Positions 60,836 to 64,000 of a stretch of 64,000 nt of DNA are shown here, piece by piece. The DNA is from a bacterium. GTDB taxonomy: Bacteria > Electryoneota > Electryoneia > Electryoneales > Electryoneaceae. The notes beneath the pieces were generated by a model, which saw only the letters and a list, made by a program, of their open reading frames with translations, had not been told where the DNA came from and made no database searches. Positions within the stretch are counted from its first letter, which is position 1. The number at the start of each line of letters is the position of its first letter. Position numbers and translations under genes: made by a program. The stretch spans positions 384,001-448,000 of the forward strand of contig CAXXKJ010000002.1 of NCBI GenBank assembly GCA_963675295.2. The letters run 5' to 3'.

Positions 60836-61065
60836 TCATGCCCACGACAATGATGTCGGGGGTGATGTCATTCTGAAGGTCTGAAGGACCTGAAGAATCT
60901 CCAGATTAGCGATCTCGGACGACGAGATCCTTCACTTCGTTCAGGATGACACCTTTAGCATCCACGGACTGAAGTCCGTGGTAATTGTATATTTCGAAGC
61001 CCGAAGCCCGAAGCCCGAAGCCCAAAGCCCGAAGCCCGAAGCCCGAAGCCCGAAGCCCGAAGCCC
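60836..61065. repeat. REP-like palindromes plus (CGAAGCC)n array of about 10 units
   Basis: Direct reading; array at 60994-61065. Confidence 0.9.
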
Positions 61066-61068
61066 ATC

Positions 61069-62788
<1,720 letters not shown>

Positions 62789-62796
<8 letters not shown>

Positions 62797-63747
62797 CGCC
62801 ACCTCCAACCTCCTTGATGTATGCAACGAGGGCGTCGATTTCCTTGTCGCTCAACAGGCCCTGGTATGTCGGCATCACCGGCTGGTAGCCGGCGACGATA
62901 GCCGCTTTTGGATTGAGGATTGACTCGCGGACGTAATTTTCGTCCACGACGATACTGCTGCCGTCCGCCATCGGCTGGTCATGCCCCCAGATGCCTTGCC
63001 AGGTGGGTCCGTTTCCGGGGGAACCGTCCACGCTGTGACAGGTGACGCAGGCCTTGCTGACGTAGAGGCGTTCGCCGTATTCGGCCATGCTCATGCCTTC
63101 GCCGGAGAACATCGCCTCTTCTTCCCATGCCTTGTAGTCACTGTCGCTGAGCACGCGCACGGTGCCGATCATTTCGGATGCTTCGTGCCGCAGTATTCGG
63201 TGCAGAACAGGTGGTAGTCGCCGGTCTGGGTCGCTTCGAACCAGGTAACGGTGTAGCGGTTCGGCAGCACGTCCTTTTTGACGCGGAAGCTGGGCACGTA
63301 GAAGCTGTGGATGACGTCCTGCGACGACATCAGCAGCTTGACCGGGGTATCCACCGGCACGACCAGCTCGTTGACTGTCGCGGTGCCTTCGGGGTAGGTG
63401 AAGGACCAGAACCATTTCTGGCCGGTGACCTTGACTTCCATCGCGTTGCCGGGAATGACCGCCATTTTCATGTAGGTGCGGAAGCCCCAGAAGAAGATGA
63501 CCAGCACAAGCAGGGTGGGGACGACGATCCACGTCGCCTCGAGCCACGAGTTGTGCGCGGGGCCGGTATCGAGCCTGCCGACATCGCCCTTCTTTCGTCG
63601 CCACTTGGTGATAAACATGATCGTGCCGGCGACGATCAGGACGAAGAAGAAGACCGACATCCAGACGAGAAACATGAAGAGGCCGTCGACCTCATTGGCA
63701 ATGGTCGAGGCCGAGGATGGCAGCCAGAATGTAGCCGTGGTGTCCAT
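62789..63747 (-). CDS. ctaC: Cytochrome c oxidase subunit II with fused cytochrome c; 1-nt frameshift near 63178
   Basis: DVIHS and CTEYCG..H in one frame; EMIG and CVTCH in the next. Confidence 0.9.
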
Positions 63748-64000
63748 GCACGTTCCTTATGCGTCACATGCGAACGGGTTGTGTTGGACCCTCGTCCGCG
63801 TGGCGAAGTTGGACCGATTTGGCTTCGCCGGTCAGCCCGGGATGTTGGCGTTTGATCGCAATGGATCGTTCGCTCAACGCCGGGCGAAACTTAGGTTGTC
63901 CGAACTCTACAAAAAACAGTTTCCGTCACTCGTCCCGCCTCCGAGGGGTGGGACGTTGCCGGTAAACGGTTGTCGGAACTCGGTATTCAATTACTGTTAC

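Noticed and set aside
63169-63171. Selenocysteine read-through at TGA
   Set aside because: The protein continues in a different frame, so an indel explains it
63765-63850. Riboswitch upstream of the oxidase operon
   Set aside because: Hairpins are possible, but no conserved riboswitch core was recognised

Overview
High-GC bacterial chromosome segment, probably from an FCB-superphylum lineage. That placement is inferred from six secreted proteins with PNPF/SN-type C-terminal sorting domains and from DUF4837- and DUF2723-like genes; no marker gene was tested. Housekeeping content: hutU, accA, purE, rplU-rpmA, mdh, hisC, otsB-otsA, glycosyltransferases and an A2-type caa3 oxidase operon. Accessory content: an Abi/AbiF HEPN gene with a promoter-proximal hairpin RNA, two type II toxin-antitoxin pairs, a STAND-NTPase/TPR protein, two low-GC islets and two secreted pentaheme cytochromes c. 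Intergenic DNA is packed with REP-like hairpin families and 7-bp tandem repeats, some read in frame inside proteins. The most unusual signal is at 38.7-42.7 kb. Two divergent paralogous genes share an unrecognised ~89-aa basic Pro/Gly domain. Each has a near-consensus sigma70 promoter overlapped by a GAAC-N4-GTTY (LexA-like) box, and neither has its own stop codon. One lies between the mdh 3' end and a diverged duplicate of that 3' end. No rRNA, tRNA, CRISPR array, integrase or transposase was recognised. Product calls come from motifs read by eye, not from database searches.
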